Source: Chitinivibrionales bacterium (GTDB lineage Bacteria; Fibrobacterota; Chitinivibrionia; Chitinivibrionales; WJKA01). From it: DNA of 64,000 nt. The notes below the pieces were generated by a model. The model ran no database searches. It was not told where the DNA came from and worked only from the letters and a program-made list of their open reading frames with translations. The stretch covers positions 32,001 to 96,000 of the forward strand of contig JBBRUX010000007.1 of assembly GCA_038247415.1 (NCBI GenBank), given 5' to 3'. A program made the position numbers and the translations under genes. Within the stretch, counting starts at the first letter, position 1. The number at the start of each line of letters is the position of its first letter. Positions 29,731 to 40,335 of this stretch are shown here, piece after piece.

Positions 29731-30623
29731 TAATCAGAACAAAGAGTACCGTCTTTTGCTGTGCACTGCTTTTGTGTGCATTTCTTAAATGTACCTCAGG
29801 CAGTGGCGACCCGCTTGCAGGTGGTTCGGGTAGTGGAAATCCAGGTGGTGGATACACAACGCTCTCACTTTTCGTAGACACATCCGCCACAGGCAATTTA
29901 CAAAAAACAATTGCGCAAGCACCAGCACAACCCTCAACTGGTGGTCCTCAAACCGGACGTCAGCGCTATTCTGTCCATGATGCATCTGGCATGGTCCTTA
30001 CCATCGACTCTGTTGTCATTATAGCACAGCATGTGTCCTTTGCACTCGATTACTTGTTGTCGTGCGACTCATTGCTGGCAGGTTTTGATACATCGCTTCA
30101 TTGTGGCTATTCTGGCATGAGCATTAAGGGCCCAATACAATTTAATTGCCTCGCGCGTTCATCTGTTCCGGCTCTTGGTTTTGTCAAGCTTCCGATTGCC
30201 AGCTATACAGGCGTTGTATTTCATATTAGCATCGACACGACCCAGCCAGGAATTCAGTCCACGACAAGTGCGGCCGATTCCGCATGGCCAATTTTCGTGC
30301 ATGGTTCATTTACATACCTCGATACACTCAGGTCGTTTTTTGTCCGGTGCTCACTGAATATGGCCATTCCTTTCAGAAGTGCAGATTCTGGGTTTACGGT
30401 CTCACAAGGGGACACCACAGATCTGTCGGTGGTTTTTGACTGTCGCGACTGGTTTGCTGGGATGAATCTGAAAGAGAGTCTTGATAATAGGGATATCTTA
30501 CTTGATAGCCAAGGGAACTTGATTATCGATGATACGCAAGCAACCGGGCCAGGGTCTAATGTGGTGGTGCAAATTAGGAACAATCTCATTGGCTCGGGGA
30601 GGTTGGGTGTTAATCGACGGTAG
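29727..30623 (+). CDS. Hypothetical lipoprotein
   Basis: Lipoprotein-like signal then LAGGSGSGN; ATGA overlap with TIGR02147 gene. Confidence 0.7.
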   Translation: MIIRTKSTVFCCALLLCAFLKCTSGSGDPLAGGSGSGNPGGGYTTLSLFVDTSATGNLQKTIAQAPAQPSTGGPQTGRQRYSVHDASGMVLTIDSVVIIAQHVSFALDYLLSCDSLLAGFDTSLHCGYSGMSIKGPIQFNCLARSSVPALGFVKLPIASYTGVVFHISIDTTQPGIQSTTSAADSAWPIFVHGSFTYLDTLRSFFVRCSLNMAIPFRSADSGFTVSQGDTTDLSVVFDCRDWFAGMNLKESLDNRDILLDSQGNLIIDDTQATGPGSNVVVQIRNNLIGSGRLGVNRR

Positions 30624-30646
30624 GAAAAATGAAAATTAATTAATTG

Positions 30647-31483
30647 TCAAGTCGATTGGTTGGATGTTCCGTCGTCCTGTACTCTCATTGTTTGCAAGAG
30701 AAACTTTTTTCTGCCCACAAAAATAAAGGTTAAGAACAACGCAAACAGTCCAATACAGAGTACCTGATTATGACTCAATGGACCAAGTCGCTCGCTGGGC
30801 GGATAAAATCTGGTTAGGTCGATGATAAATCTGAGAACAGCATAGAGCAGCCCGACAAGATAGAACTGAAATCCATGAAACGTTTTTTTACGGCCGGCAA
30901 GCAGCACAATTCCCGCAATGACAAGTCCACCCACAGATTCAAATACCTGGGAAGGCAGTAAACCTGTCGCATGTAAAGAAGCCTGATATGCTCCGGCAGG
31001 GCTATTTACAGGAAAGTTTACCGAACATATATCAGAGGCCGCTCCGTAACAGCATCCATTGAGATAACAACCAATGCGCGTGAAAAATATTCCTATACCA
31101 AGACTTGGAGCAAGAGCATCTGCATACGGCAAAAAAGGAAGTTTTTTAATCTTGAAGAAAAAGATACTCGCGGCAATTGCACCGATAAAACCGCCGTACA
31201 TCACTAACCCACCAAGTCCCACAGCTCCGTCTTGAAATGGATTTATGATATTGAGAAGATTGCCACTAAATTCGCCCGGCTTTAGAAGCACATAGTAAAG
31301 TCGCGCTCCGACAATTGCAGAAATAATCAGCCAGAAAGATACGTCTGAAATAATTTCTGGCTTTAGCCCTGCTCTTTTTGCTCGTACTGTCGCAAGCCAG
31401 ATTCCAACCAGGAAAGACGTTGCAAGCATTGCGCCATATGAATGAATAGGAAAACCGAAAATATGAAATAGAATTGTGTGCAT
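30647..31483 (-). CDS. lgt: Prolipoprotein diacylglyceryl transferase
   Basis: IHSYG, GARLYYV, YGGFIG, RIGCYLNGCCYG, PSQVFE. Confidence 0.9.
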   Translation of the reverse strand: MHTILFHIFGFPIHSYGAMLATSFLVGIWLATVRAKRAGLKPEIISDVSFWLIISAIVGARLYYVLLKPGEFSGNLLNIINPFQDGAVGLGGLVMYGGFIGAIAASIFFFKIKKLPFLPYADALAPSLGIGIFFTRIGCYLNGCCYGAASDICSVNFPVNSPAGAYQASLHATGLLPSQVFESVGGLVIAGIVLLAGRKKTFHGFQFYLVGLLYAVLRFIIDLTRFYPPSERLGPLSHNQVLCIGLFALFLTFIFVGRKKFLLQTMRVQDDGTSNQST

Positions 31484-31900
31484 TTGATTCCTTTATAATT
31501 AGTTATCTATATATGACTGCGGACATCCCAATAAACGTATAGTTTTCTTGCATAGAGACGTTAGTGCCGTATCCGATTTTTAAAATCGGTAAAGTGCGTT
31601 GACCTGCATATGAATAATCTGAATTACTCTCTTATTTCGACCCAAAAAAGATGACGCTGTTTGCAGTAACTGTTAATGGTTAATGATAACCGTGATGAAC
31701 TTTTCGTAACTTGAATATACCTCATATCCGCAATGAGATGAAATTATTCCCATTTGCTCTCAAATTAGATATTCCACTTGTCAATAAAATCAATAAAATC
31801 AATGAAAGGGATTGAAATTCGCCTCAATTGAAGCCACTATCTCTAAAAGCCTGCTCTTAAAAGGAGCGATCCAAGGAATAGACCGAGTTAACTAATTCGA

Positions 31901-31916
31901 TGGCACATCAATTGCT
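31901..31916 (+). promoter_or_regulatory. sigma54 -24/-12 promoter
   Basis: TGGCAC-ATCAA-TTGCT exact consensus ~50 bp before trxA. Confidence 0.8.
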
Positions 31917-31967
31917 ATAATACTAAGCAAGATAAACAAATGGTTCATAAACAAAAGGAGTCGAGCT

Positions 31968-32351
31968 ATGGAACATCTCACTGTAGAGAGCTTTAAGGAA
32001 AAGGTATGCGAATGCGGTCTTGATGGAAAGAGCACTACAGAGTGGAAATTCAAGGGATCGATTCCCGCAATAATCGATTTTTACGCTGATTGGTGCGGAC
32101 CGTGCAAAATGGTTTCTCCAATCCTTGAACAACTCTCCAAAGAATATGAAGGACGATTGAATATTTACAAAGTAAATACTGAGACCGAACGTCAACTCGC
32201 AGGCTCATTCGGGATTTCGAGCATTCCGAGCATTCTTTTCATTCCCGTGACTGGGCAGCCGCAGATGTCGGCAGGGGCTTTGCCAAAGAACACTTTGAAA
32301 AAGATGATTAGAGACGTTTTGGGTGTTGAAGAAGCCGTTGCTGTTAATTAG
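31968..32351 (+). CDS. trxA: Thioredoxin
   Basis: DFYADWCGPC. Confidence 0.95.
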   Translation: MEHLTVESFKEKVCECGLDGKSTTEWKFKGSIPAIIDFYADWCGPCKMVSPILEQLSKEYEGRLNIYKVNTETERQLAGSFGISSIPSILFIPVTGQPQMSAGALPKNTLKKMIRDVLGVEEAVAVN

Positions 32352-32398
32352 CATGAGCGATGAAAACTGCACCCATTATTATGGAAAGGATGTATACA

Positions 32399-32872
32399 AT
32401 GAAAATAAATAAAACTCAGGTTTTTGTAGGTCTTGTAATTTTGGTTGCGGCTTATTTTGTTGCCCAGCCACTATTCGCATCCATGAAAGGTTCAGTCCCA
32501 GAATCGACAAATTTCACGAGGATAGCCACGGAGCGGGAGTTCGATTCGATCATTGAGAATGCTGGCTCAAGGCTGATTGTTCTTGATCTCTACGCAGACT
32601 GGTGCGGACCATGCCGGGTATTGCATCCAACGCTTTTAGCACTGGCAAACAAGTATGCAGGAAAAGCAAGTTTTTATCGTGTAAATGTGGATGCAAATCC
32701 AAAGATAGCGGCAGCGTTTGGTACAAATGGAATCCCTTATGTTGTATTCGTAAAAGATCGTAAGGCAATAGAATCCCTAGTTGGTGTAAACCCTTCGAAA
32801 GAGTATGAGAAAATTATTATTGGCACTATCAATCCGAATGGTCAACAAAAAGCCCCTGGGATTGCATTGTGA
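32399..32872 (+). CDS. Membrane-anchored/exported thioredoxin
   Basis: N-terminal TM, LYADWCGPC; start could be 32360. Confidence 0.85.
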   Translation: MKINKTQVFVGLVILVAAYFVAQPLFASMKGSVPESTNFTRIATEREFDSIIENAGSRLIVLDLYADWCGPCRVLHPTLLALANKYAGKASFYRVNVDANPKIAAAFGTNGIPYVVFVKDRKAIESLVGVNPSKEYEKIIIGTINPNGQQKAPGIAL

Positions 32873-32938
32873 CTTAACCCGCAATCTTAGGAGAATATCA
32901 TATAATTAGCCACATGTATAAACTTAAGGAGGGATCCT

Positions 32939-33124
32939 ATGACCATATCAGTTTTAAAAAACCGATGTCCACAAAATCATCCGTGTCCGTCAATAAGTGT
33001 GTGTCCGGTGGGGGCACTTTCACAGAATGGTTATGATGCGCCAACGATCGATCTTGCCAAGTGCACGGGGTGTGGAAAATGTGCACGCTTTTGCCCGAGG
33101 GGTGCTCTTGTGTTGATAAATTAA
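32939..33124 (+). CDS. Small 4Fe-4S binding protein
   Basis: CPQNHPCP..VCPVGA and CTGCGKCARFCP. Confidence 0.85.
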   Translation: MTISVLKNRCPQNHPCPSISVCPVGALSQNGYDAPTIDLAKCTGCGKCARFCPRGALVLIN

Positions 33125-33255
33125 CAAGAGTGTTTGCTCGAGATTTGAAGAGGGAGCTTTATTGTAGTTCATACTCATTGAGGAATTCTCATGAGTATCA
33201 AAAAATCAATTAGCTCCCCGTGGAGTTATCTGGTCATTAAACAGGAGCGCTCGCT

Positions 33256-34206
33256 ATGGGACACATTCTTTTGCAGCTCGCATTCTTTTTTATCAAGATA
33301 GGGGTGGCTTTTGTGCCACAGGGCCCCTATGTTGAAAAGATTAAAAATATTCCTTCGATCGAGAGCCAGTTTGCGGCTATGGACCTGCAAGGTTGGGAGT
33401 ATCGCACCATCGCATCATCGAAACCCGGAATGATGCACCGCTATCTCTATCATCCCGGACCTTCGATTGACGCCCCGGTATTTCTGCTTATTCATGGGAT
33501 GAATCTTGACGCGCGAAATTTTCTACATCTTGGATCGCTTGCAAAAAAGTACCAATTGCTTGCGTACGACTTTCCAGATCAAAGCCCATTTTATAATGGA
33601 TCCCTCGATGGTTTTACTTTGCTATTGCAGGAGTTTCTCCAGAAACTTGACGTGCGTGACCTCCATATAGCGGGGGTATCTTTCGGCGGCGTTGTAGCGC
33701 TGCGCTTGGCAGCAAATTCACCGGCGCTGAACATACGTTCTCTTGTTCTTGCGTCAAGTGGTGTTGTGGGGACAAATGAGCAGGAGCGTAAACGAAATAA
33801 AAATATGGGCGCTTGGGTGGCTAGTCTCAAAGATTACCAGGTCTATTGGGTAATGGAAAAGATCACCACATCATTTATGAGGAATCTGTCAAAAAATGAT
33901 GCCAAAGCGATATCATCTATTTTGCGCCTCAAGCACCCAACATTTTATCGACAGGTTGTTGCATCAACTGGGGGATACGATGCCAGTATAGATGCGAGAA
34001 GTCTTAAATGTCCAGTACTCGTTCTTGTAGGATCAAAAGATGAGATTTTTCCACCCGGTGACACCATTGCCGTTAGGGCAAATATTCCTGCAGCCCAAAT
34101 TCAAATTGTTCCTGGTGCAACGCATGCTATGACATTTGTTGCTGCTACGGATATTGGTCGCCGCATTGAAAATTTTACATCGGCTCATTTTCCTAATAAT
34201 CACTGA
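33256..34206 (+). CDS. Alpha/beta hydrolase
   Basis: LIHG, GVSFGG, GSKD, GATH. Confidence 0.85.
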   Translation: MGHILLQLAFFFIKIGVAFVPQGPYVEKIKNIPSIESQFAAMDLQGWEYRTIASSKPGMMHRYLYHPGPSIDAPVFLLIHGMNLDARNFLHLGSLAKKYQLLAYDFPDQSPFYNGSLDGFTLLLQEFLQKLDVRDLHIAGVSFGGVVALRLAANSPALNIRSLVLASSGVVGTNEQERKRNKNMGAWVASLKDYQVYWVMEKITTSFMRNLSKNDAKAISSILRLKHPTFYRQVVASTGGYDASIDARSLKCPVLVLVGSKDEIFPPGDTIAVRANIPAAQIQIVPGATHAMTFVAATDIGRRIENFTSAHFPNNH

Positions 34207-34274
34207 GAGAATCGTGTATTTTTTAGTAATGTGAACAACTTAGAATATTCAGTTTTTTTTGAGGGGAAAATTAC

Positions 34275-35432
34275 ATGATTAAGTCGCTCGCAACGATTGT
34301 TGTCGTGGTTGTTGCTGTTATCTTTTTGTCGTTGATTTCAGTTAAGGTTCAGGGGCATAAGGAAGAAAATTCGGGAACGAAGGCGATAGTTGTCAATGAA
34401 TCCATGACCATCGGCCAATTTGGAGAAGTGAATGGTATTGCCAATCCGCATCTTAAAAAAGTTTTACAACTGGAAAGCAAAAACGATCTCAATAAAAACA
34501 TTCTTCAAGCAGGGCTCACGCGCGAACAGTTGATACAAAGGTTTACTAAGGATTTAACTCTCAAAGCCGAATACGAATCGCGTAACTGGATTAAGATCCC
34601 TTTGAAGTTTATATTGACAATAGGTGTGCTCGTGTTGGTGTTTATCTTCCTTCGCAAAAGAAAAATAACCACTACCAACCGCATAATTTTTCTCGGTAGC
34701 TCAGTTTTTGTGTTTGGGGTACTTCTGGGATCTGACCCTAATCCAATGGGAACAGTAAAAGATGCGATTGTCCTGTTTGGAACAAAGCATGTTATTTTTC
34801 CGCCCCGAATGGTGGCCTTGACACTGTTTCTTTTAATGGTACTCCTGGCAAATAAATTCATTTGCTCTTGGGCATGTCAATTTGGTACTCTGCAGGATCT
34901 GTTGTTTCAACTTGGGCGAAAAAAGGAGCGAAACGGGAAGGTCTTTATTCCTCAATTCAAAGTACCGTTTGTTGTCACCAATACGATTCGTGTCGTCTTT
35001 TTCGTTCTTCTGTCGGCTGCTGCTCTTTTCATTGCAGTAGACATTGTCAACCCCATAGACCCGTTTAAAGTGTTCAATCCTGCAAAACTTGGCATCCTAG
35101 GAGCCATATTCGCGGGACTGATACTGGTAATGAGCGTTTTTATCTATCGACCCTGGTGCCACTTTTTTTGCCCGTTTGGTCTTGTCGGCTGGCTGCTAGA
35201 AAAAATAAGCATCTTTAAAATTCAGGTGAATTACGACACCTGCATTGCCTGTCGTAAATGTGAACAATCTTGTCCGTCGAGTGTGATGGGAGCTATTTTG
35301 AAGCGTGACAGAATAATTCCTGATTGCTTTCCTTGTGGCATCTGTATTGAAGCGTGTCCGACAAAATCTATTTCATTCAATAAAGGCAGAAGAACAAATC
35401 CTCCACACGGAAAATTCCATGAGGTAGGGTAG
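34275..35432 (+). CDS. Membrane polyferredoxin (NapH/MauN-like)
   Basis: CSWACQFG, RPWCHFFCPFG, two CxxCxxCxxxCP. Confidence 0.85.
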   Translation: MIKSLATIVVVVVAVIFLSLISVKVQGHKEENSGTKAIVVNESMTIGQFGEVNGIANPHLKKVLQLESKNDLNKNILQAGLTREQLIQRFTKDLTLKAEYESRNWIKIPLKFILTIGVLVLVFIFLRKRKITTTNRIIFLGSSVFVFGVLLGSDPNPMGTVKDAIVLFGTKHVIFPPRMVALTLFLLMVLLANKFICSWACQFGTLQDLLFQLGRKKERNGKVFIPQFKVPFVVTNTIRVVFFVLLSAAALFIAVDIVNPIDPFKVFNPAKLGILGAIFAGLILVMSVFIYRPWCHFFCPFGLVGWLLEKISIFKIQVNYDTCIACRKCEQSCPSSVMGAILKRDRIIPDCFPCGICIEACPTKSISFNKGRRTNPPHGKFHEVG

Positions 35433-35524
35433 TAGCAACCTGATAGGTTCTTGAGTCAATAGACTTGTGGAAATGTGTATTTGTAAATAATATTATTTTT
35501 AAAAATTAAACAAAAAGGCAACCA

Positions 35525-36127
35525 ATGAGAAAAAAAGAGTCTTCAAAAATTATTGCTTCATTGATAGTTCTTCTCACTCTGGCGTCGGCGTCTTTTGCCC
35601 AAAGCAAGGGTGATATGAAAATGGGTGTTTTAGCGATGGTTGGGGGCCGGTACGACAACATGCGAATGTGTGTCGCCTCCCCAAGTGGCACCAAAGGCGG
35701 ACCTATAGCCGACATTATGTTGACCGGAAGATATGGTGTCAACGATAATGTAGGGTTTGGTGTTAACCTTCCCGTAATGCGTCCGATTCTGTTTGGCCTT
35801 GCATTTAAGATGCTTCAGTTTGAACCGGAAATGGTGGTGGATCTCCGATCGCAGATCAATGACAAACTTGCATTTGTATCGTCGCCATCATTGGGGATTA
35901 GTTTGCACTATGGACCCGATTATAAATCTGATCGTACAAACCGTTCCCCCTCATTTTATGCGGCTGGGCCTATTGCGGGAATTCACGTGGGATTAGGTTT
36001 GAAGGATGAAAATGGTTCGATCAAAAATATCGTCGGGATCAAACCTTTTTATGTGGCACTCTTTTCCAAAGATCATGGAACGGGTACCGTAATCGGCGGT
36101 GCACTTGAATATCAACATCTTTGGTAG
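35525..36127 (+). CDS. Hypothetical exported beta-barrel-like protein
   Basis: Signal peptide, beta-strand pattern, terminal Trp. Confidence 0.6.
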   Translation: MRKKESSKIIASLIVLLTLASASFAQSKGDMKMGVLAMVGGRYDNMRMCVASPSGTKGGPIADIMLTGRYGVNDNVGFGVNLPVMRPILFGLAFKMLQFEPEMVVDLRSQINDKLAFVSSPSLGISLHYGPDYKSDRTNRSPSFYAAGPIAGIHVGLGLKDENGSIKNIVGIKPFYVALFSKDHGTGTVIGGALEYQHLW

Positions 36128-36190
36128 AAACTGGATCATTCGCAAGGCAAAAAAAGGATACGTGAAATCGTATCCGCGCTTACTTCCACG

Positions 36191-37192
36191 CTATTGGCCA
36201 ACTCGCCATGGATCGCATTTATCGGGAGGAAGCGAGGATATATCGTAGATAGCGGTCTGGTTATGCCATGTGACCTTGACTTTCGATTGCGCATGTTCCC
36301 GAGCAGCCCTGCAATACCTTGCAAGAATTCGGCAGCATAGAATAATATCACCGTCCTTTTCCACCGTACCTCTCGCACAACATAGAGGACCACTCATCCC
36401 AACGATTTCAAGTCGATAATCGATGGGAAGGAGCATGCTCTCAAGCAGAATGTTTTCAGCTTCGTCCCTGGCGACAATAAGTAGGAGTTTCTTAGAAATT
36501 CGAAAGTGGCGGCCGATGGAAATAAGACGCAAATCGTTCAGGGTGTATTCGCTGTTATACAAGGAGAGATCCCTGATCCGCTCAACCGCACTGTCAAAAG
36601 TCAACAAACATCCGCCTGCGGGTGGCAGATACGAAAGACCGTATGTGGCTGCGTACTCGAGCTGTGTTTTTCTACAACGACCCTGAATTGAAAAAAGCTT
36701 GTTTCGATCGACGAGGCCATTTAATTCAGAAACAGTTGGAAAGAGTAGACCAGCGGATAGCGGACGGAGCACATATCCTTCAAGGCCTGCTTGTTTTGCA
36801 ATTACATAGAGACGATCTCGTCGCTGAGACATGGGCCGCTGTCCAACAACCTCGCCCGTGGCGATAAAATCTGCCTGCCGTTGGTCAAGATATTTTTTTG
36901 CACGAACTAGTCTTCTGATCCGGCAGTCGATGCAAGGATTGGCATGCTTGCCAAAGCCGAAAATAGGATTCTTGAGCATGCTTAAAAATTCATCGCCGTC
37001 TTCCTCAATGTGAAGTGATACGCCCAGTGCTTCTGCCGACCGGGAGATTACCGAAAGTTTGTTCTGGTTGGCCTGGTCGAAGGGTAAGACAAAATGCAGC
37101 GCTTCAACTTCGATACCCTGTTGCTGCAGAAGATGAATGGCAATGACGCTATCCAGACCACCTGAGAAGAGTGTAATGCATTTTGTCATCAA
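36191..37192 (-). CDS. ThiI/MnmA-like PP-loop tRNA thiolation protein
   Basis: SGGLDS, NPCIDCR, TGEVVGQRPMSQ, PAGGCLLT, GRHFR. Confidence 0.85.
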   Translation of the reverse strand: MMTKCITLFSGGLDSVIAIHLLQQQGIEVEALHFVLPFDQANQNKLSVISRSAEALGVSLHIEEDGDEFLSMLKNPIFGFGKHANPCIDCRIRRLVRAKKYLDQRQADFIATGEVVGQRPMSQRRDRLYVIAKQAGLEGYVLRPLSAGLLFPTVSELNGLVDRNKLFSIQGRCRKTQLEYAATYGLSYLPPAGGCLLTFDSAVERIRDLSLYNSEYTLNDLRLISIGRHFRISKKLLLIVARDEAENILLESMLLPIDYRLEIVGMSGPLCCARGTVEKDGDIILCCRILARYCRAAREHAQSKVKVTWHNQTAIYDISSLPPDKCDPWRVGQ

Positions 37193-37439
37193 TCAACCTT
37201 TTGAAATAAAAAAGAATTGTGCCACCGCAAACGGAATAATGTTTTGAACTGATCAGAAAATCTGCAATTTCTGGCATATGCTAGCAACAAATTATATTTT
37301 GCCTTGTAGAACAACAAGCGATTGGGCCGCGTACTACATAATCAAGATCGGTATATCTTAACTGCACGTGCGCAATGCGCTGTTCGGCAATTGCGCCTGT
37401 CGTCTGTTACGGTAGCGGTGAAAATAAGAGAATATCCTA

Positions 37440-38783
37440 ATGCATAAAACAAAAACCAATCCTGAACCTAGCAGCATCTACGACCCCATTCTCGACTCGA
37501 TTGCCGATGGTGTATTTACCGTTGACAAGGATTGGAATGTTACAACCTTCAACAGAGCTGCGGAGCAGATCACAGGAACGCAGCGAATCGATGCAATTGG
37601 ACGCAAGTGTTGGGAAGTATTTCATGCCGATGTTTGCGAGCGGGATTGCCTGCTTAAGAAAACGCTCAAAACCAATCGCCAATGTGTCAACAAAACGGTA
37701 CATATCGTCAATAAACAGGGATCGACGATACCCATCAGTATTTCAACTGCAATTCTAAAGGATTCAACGGGCAACGTGATCGGTGGGGTCGAGACTTTTC
37801 GCGATCTCAGTGAAATTGAAGAACTGCGCAAAGAAGTCCTTGGTAAATTTACGTATGCCGACATTATCACCCGTGACCATCGGCTTCTTGATCTGTTCAA
37901 CACGCTTCCCGTGATCGCCCGGAGCGAATCTCCCGTCCTGATTCTGGGAGAAAGTGGCACCGGCAAAGAACTGCTTGCAAAAGCGATCCATAATCAGAGC
38001 GGCAGGGGCAAAGAGCCTTTTATTGCAGTCAACTGCGGAGCGCTGCCGGAAAATCTTCTTGAATCCGAGCTATTTGGCTACAAAAAAGGCGCATTTACAG
38101 ATGCAAAAGTCGACAAGCCCGGACGGTTTGAACGTGCAAAGAATGGCTCCCTGTTTCTTGACGAAATCGGCGATATGCCCAAGAGTGTCCAGGTGAAGTT
38201 GTTGCGGGTGCTTCAGGAGAAGGTGTACGAACCGCTGGGGGCCACTGAGTCTGTCAAATCCGAGGCCCGCATTATCGCGGCGACCAACCGCAACCTCGAG
38301 CAGATGGTCGAGTCGGGAGAATTTCGGCAGGATCTGTATTACCGGATACATGTGATCCCCATAACCCTTCCTCCGTTACGTGACAGACAGACTGATATAC
38401 CGCTTTTGGTCGATCATTTTCTTGCGCACTTCAATAGGGTGCATGGAAGATCCATCGAGCGACTCTCCGCCGATGCGATGAGCGTTGTGCTTGCACACCG
38501 GTATCCCGGCAACATCAGGGAACTGGAAAACATTTTGCAGCATGCATTTATATTGTGTCAAGGAAGCGTTATTGAGCGGAAACACCTTCCCGTGTATCTT
38601 TTTGCGCCCGCAAAACCCATGCAGGCTTCGAAGGATGAACGGTCAATCGAAGCGTTTGACAAGCGTAGAATCGAGGAGTCGCTTGTCGAAAATAAATTCA
38701 ACAGGACTGAGACTGCCCGTGAACTCGGGATACACGTCGCTACGCTGTGGCGGAAGATGAAGAAATATGGAATTCGGGTATGA
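37440..38783 (+). CDS. PAS sigma54-dependent activator, OrpR-like
   Basis: PAS with C-x8-C-x3-C, GESGTGKE, GAFTDA, C-terminal HTH. Confidence 0.9.
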   Translation: MHKTKTNPEPSSIYDPILDSIADGVFTVDKDWNVTTFNRAAEQITGTQRIDAIGRKCWEVFHADVCERDCLLKKTLKTNRQCVNKTVHIVNKQGSTIPISISTAILKDSTGNVIGGVETFRDLSEIEELRKEVLGKFTYADIITRDHRLLDLFNTLPVIARSESPVLILGESGTGKELLAKAIHNQSGRGKEPFIAVNCGALPENLLESELFGYKKGAFTDAKVDKPGRFERAKNGSLFLDEIGDMPKSVQVKLLRVLQEKVYEPLGATESVKSEARIIAATNRNLEQMVESGEFRQDLYYRIHVIPITLPPLRDRQTDIPLLVDHFLAHFNRVHGRSIERLSADAMSVVLAHRYPGNIRELENILQHAFILCQGSVIERKHLPVYLFAPAKPMQASKDERSIEAFDKRRIEESLVENKFNRTETARELGIHVATLWRKMKKYGIRV

Positions 38784-38800
38784 CCTGCCTGCAACATTGA

Positions 38801-38943
38801 ATTTTCTACCCTTAATCTACCGTCACGTTCAATCGAAAAGACGTTATAATGAGCAGCATGCAAAGAATCATCGGAAGACAGGTTCTCGATTTACGAGGAA
38901 ATCCCACAGTGGAAGTCGACGTGCAGCTCCAATGCGGTGCCAT
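38801..38943 (+). repeat. Degenerate copy of eno leader and first ~32 codons (direct repeat A)
   Basis: Ungapped match to 52066-52208; 13 mismatches in the 95 coding nt by manual count. Confidence 0.9.
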
Positions 38944-38983
38944 GGAATTAGGGCCGAGGGTGGGCTCTGCAATCTCCTCTTTG

Positions 38984-39260
38984 TTACACAGCAGTTATCT
39001 TTTCCGCCAGCCCCATAAAGAACTCCCTCGACCAAAAGTCAAGGGACATTTTGTCTGTCACAAACGGAGCAACATCTTCCTTAACCTTTATGATGTCAAC
39101 TTCGTTAAAACGAGATTGCAGAAGTTCAATAAGTTTTTTTAAGTCTAAAATATCATTGAGGGCAAGATGGCGGATCGGTATCAAATTCGAGTTTTATTTT
39201 AAGAATTGCATCTCAATATTCTTTACAAAGGGTTCTGTGGTATCAATTTTAAGCTAATGA
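38984..39260 (-). pseudogene. AbiEii/AbiGii nucleotidyltransferase toxin C-terminal remnant
   Basis: VDIIKVKEDVAPFV...LDFWSREFF; upstream LKIDT fragment with stop. Confidence 0.6.
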
Positions 39261-39404
39261 GATAGATCGGTAAACTATACGATTGAATCGTATAAATAGT
39301 ATAAAAGGTATACGATACAATAATGTATATTAGACTATCTAATCAAGCCTACAGAAAATAAATTTTGTATTTTTAAATAATACAGACACTTACAAAGATA
39401 TACT

Positions 39405-39964
39405 ATGTTTCTAGTCGAAGAATCTGCGCTTGAATCTCAGTTACATCGAATCAACCCTTGGTGGGAATCCGACTCCTTCCCCGAACTCTTTCCTCGCAAA
39501 GGGATGCTCGATCGATTGCTCAATCAGCTACAGGACAAGTCGTAACAATACTTACCGGGCTTCGCAGGATCGGCAAGACCACGCTTATGCGTATGCTTAT
39601 ACGGCATTGCATCGAAAACGAGATATTTACATCACGTCAAGTGCTGTACATCAGTTGCGATGATTACATTCTGGGACATCAGTCTATACTGGAGCTTATC
39701 GATCTTTTTCGTAGAATTCATCGTCATTCCTACGATACCCGGCTTCTTATTTGCATAGATGAAATCACCTATCATCCAAGATTTGAGCAGCAACTCAAAA
39801 CGCTGTACGATAGTCAAAATGTAAAGATTTACGCATCATCATCGAGCGCGTCCATGCTCAGACAGCAAAAGGCGCTTCTTACGGGAAGAAGCCGTACTAT
39901 CGAGATATTACCCCTTGATTTTAAAGAATTGTTGGAAGTCGTGGGTGCTTCTATGGCAAAGTAG
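39405..39964 (+). pseudogene. AAA_14 ATPase, frameshifted and truncated
   Basis: NPWW start in one frame, GLRRIGKT/IDEI/LLTGR in another; ends after PLDFKE. Confidence 0.8.
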
Positions 39965-40156
39965 GAGTTTGAGCGAAGGAAAACCCATCCGGTTTCTGCA
40001 GAATTAAAGGATGAAGGCAGGATGTCGGAAAAGGCTGGTAGGATGGATTGTAGCACTTATCCATTTGCTCATTGGCGCAAACAAGAGAACTATGTATGTA
40101 TTTTGTAATGGTTGGGTAAAGTCTACCCATTTCATAAACTGGATCATGGAGAAAAA

Positions 40157-40333
40157 ATGCCAGCCATATCAATGTTTTTTGGAATCATCATCTACCTCTA
40201 TTACAAAGACAATAAAAAGCATCATACACCACATATCCATGCAGAATATGGAGAATTTGAGGGGGTGTTTGATATTACCACCGGTGAACTGATAGTCGGA
40301 GAACTTCCATTTAAAATTGACCCGTTGCGATAA
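40157..40333 (+). pseudogene. DUF4160 toxin with apparent internal deletion
   Basis: MPAISMFFGIII..HHTPHIHAEY..GELP joined directly to FKIDPLR; only 58 aa. Confidence 0.7.
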
Positions 40334-40335
40334 CC

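Noticed and set aside
31781..31807. TCAATAAAA x3 tandem repeat
   Set aside because: Short AT-rich repeat; no supportable function
38849..39142. 97-aa ORF as a real gene
   Set aside because: Chimera of the eno stub and the antisense of the abiEii remnant
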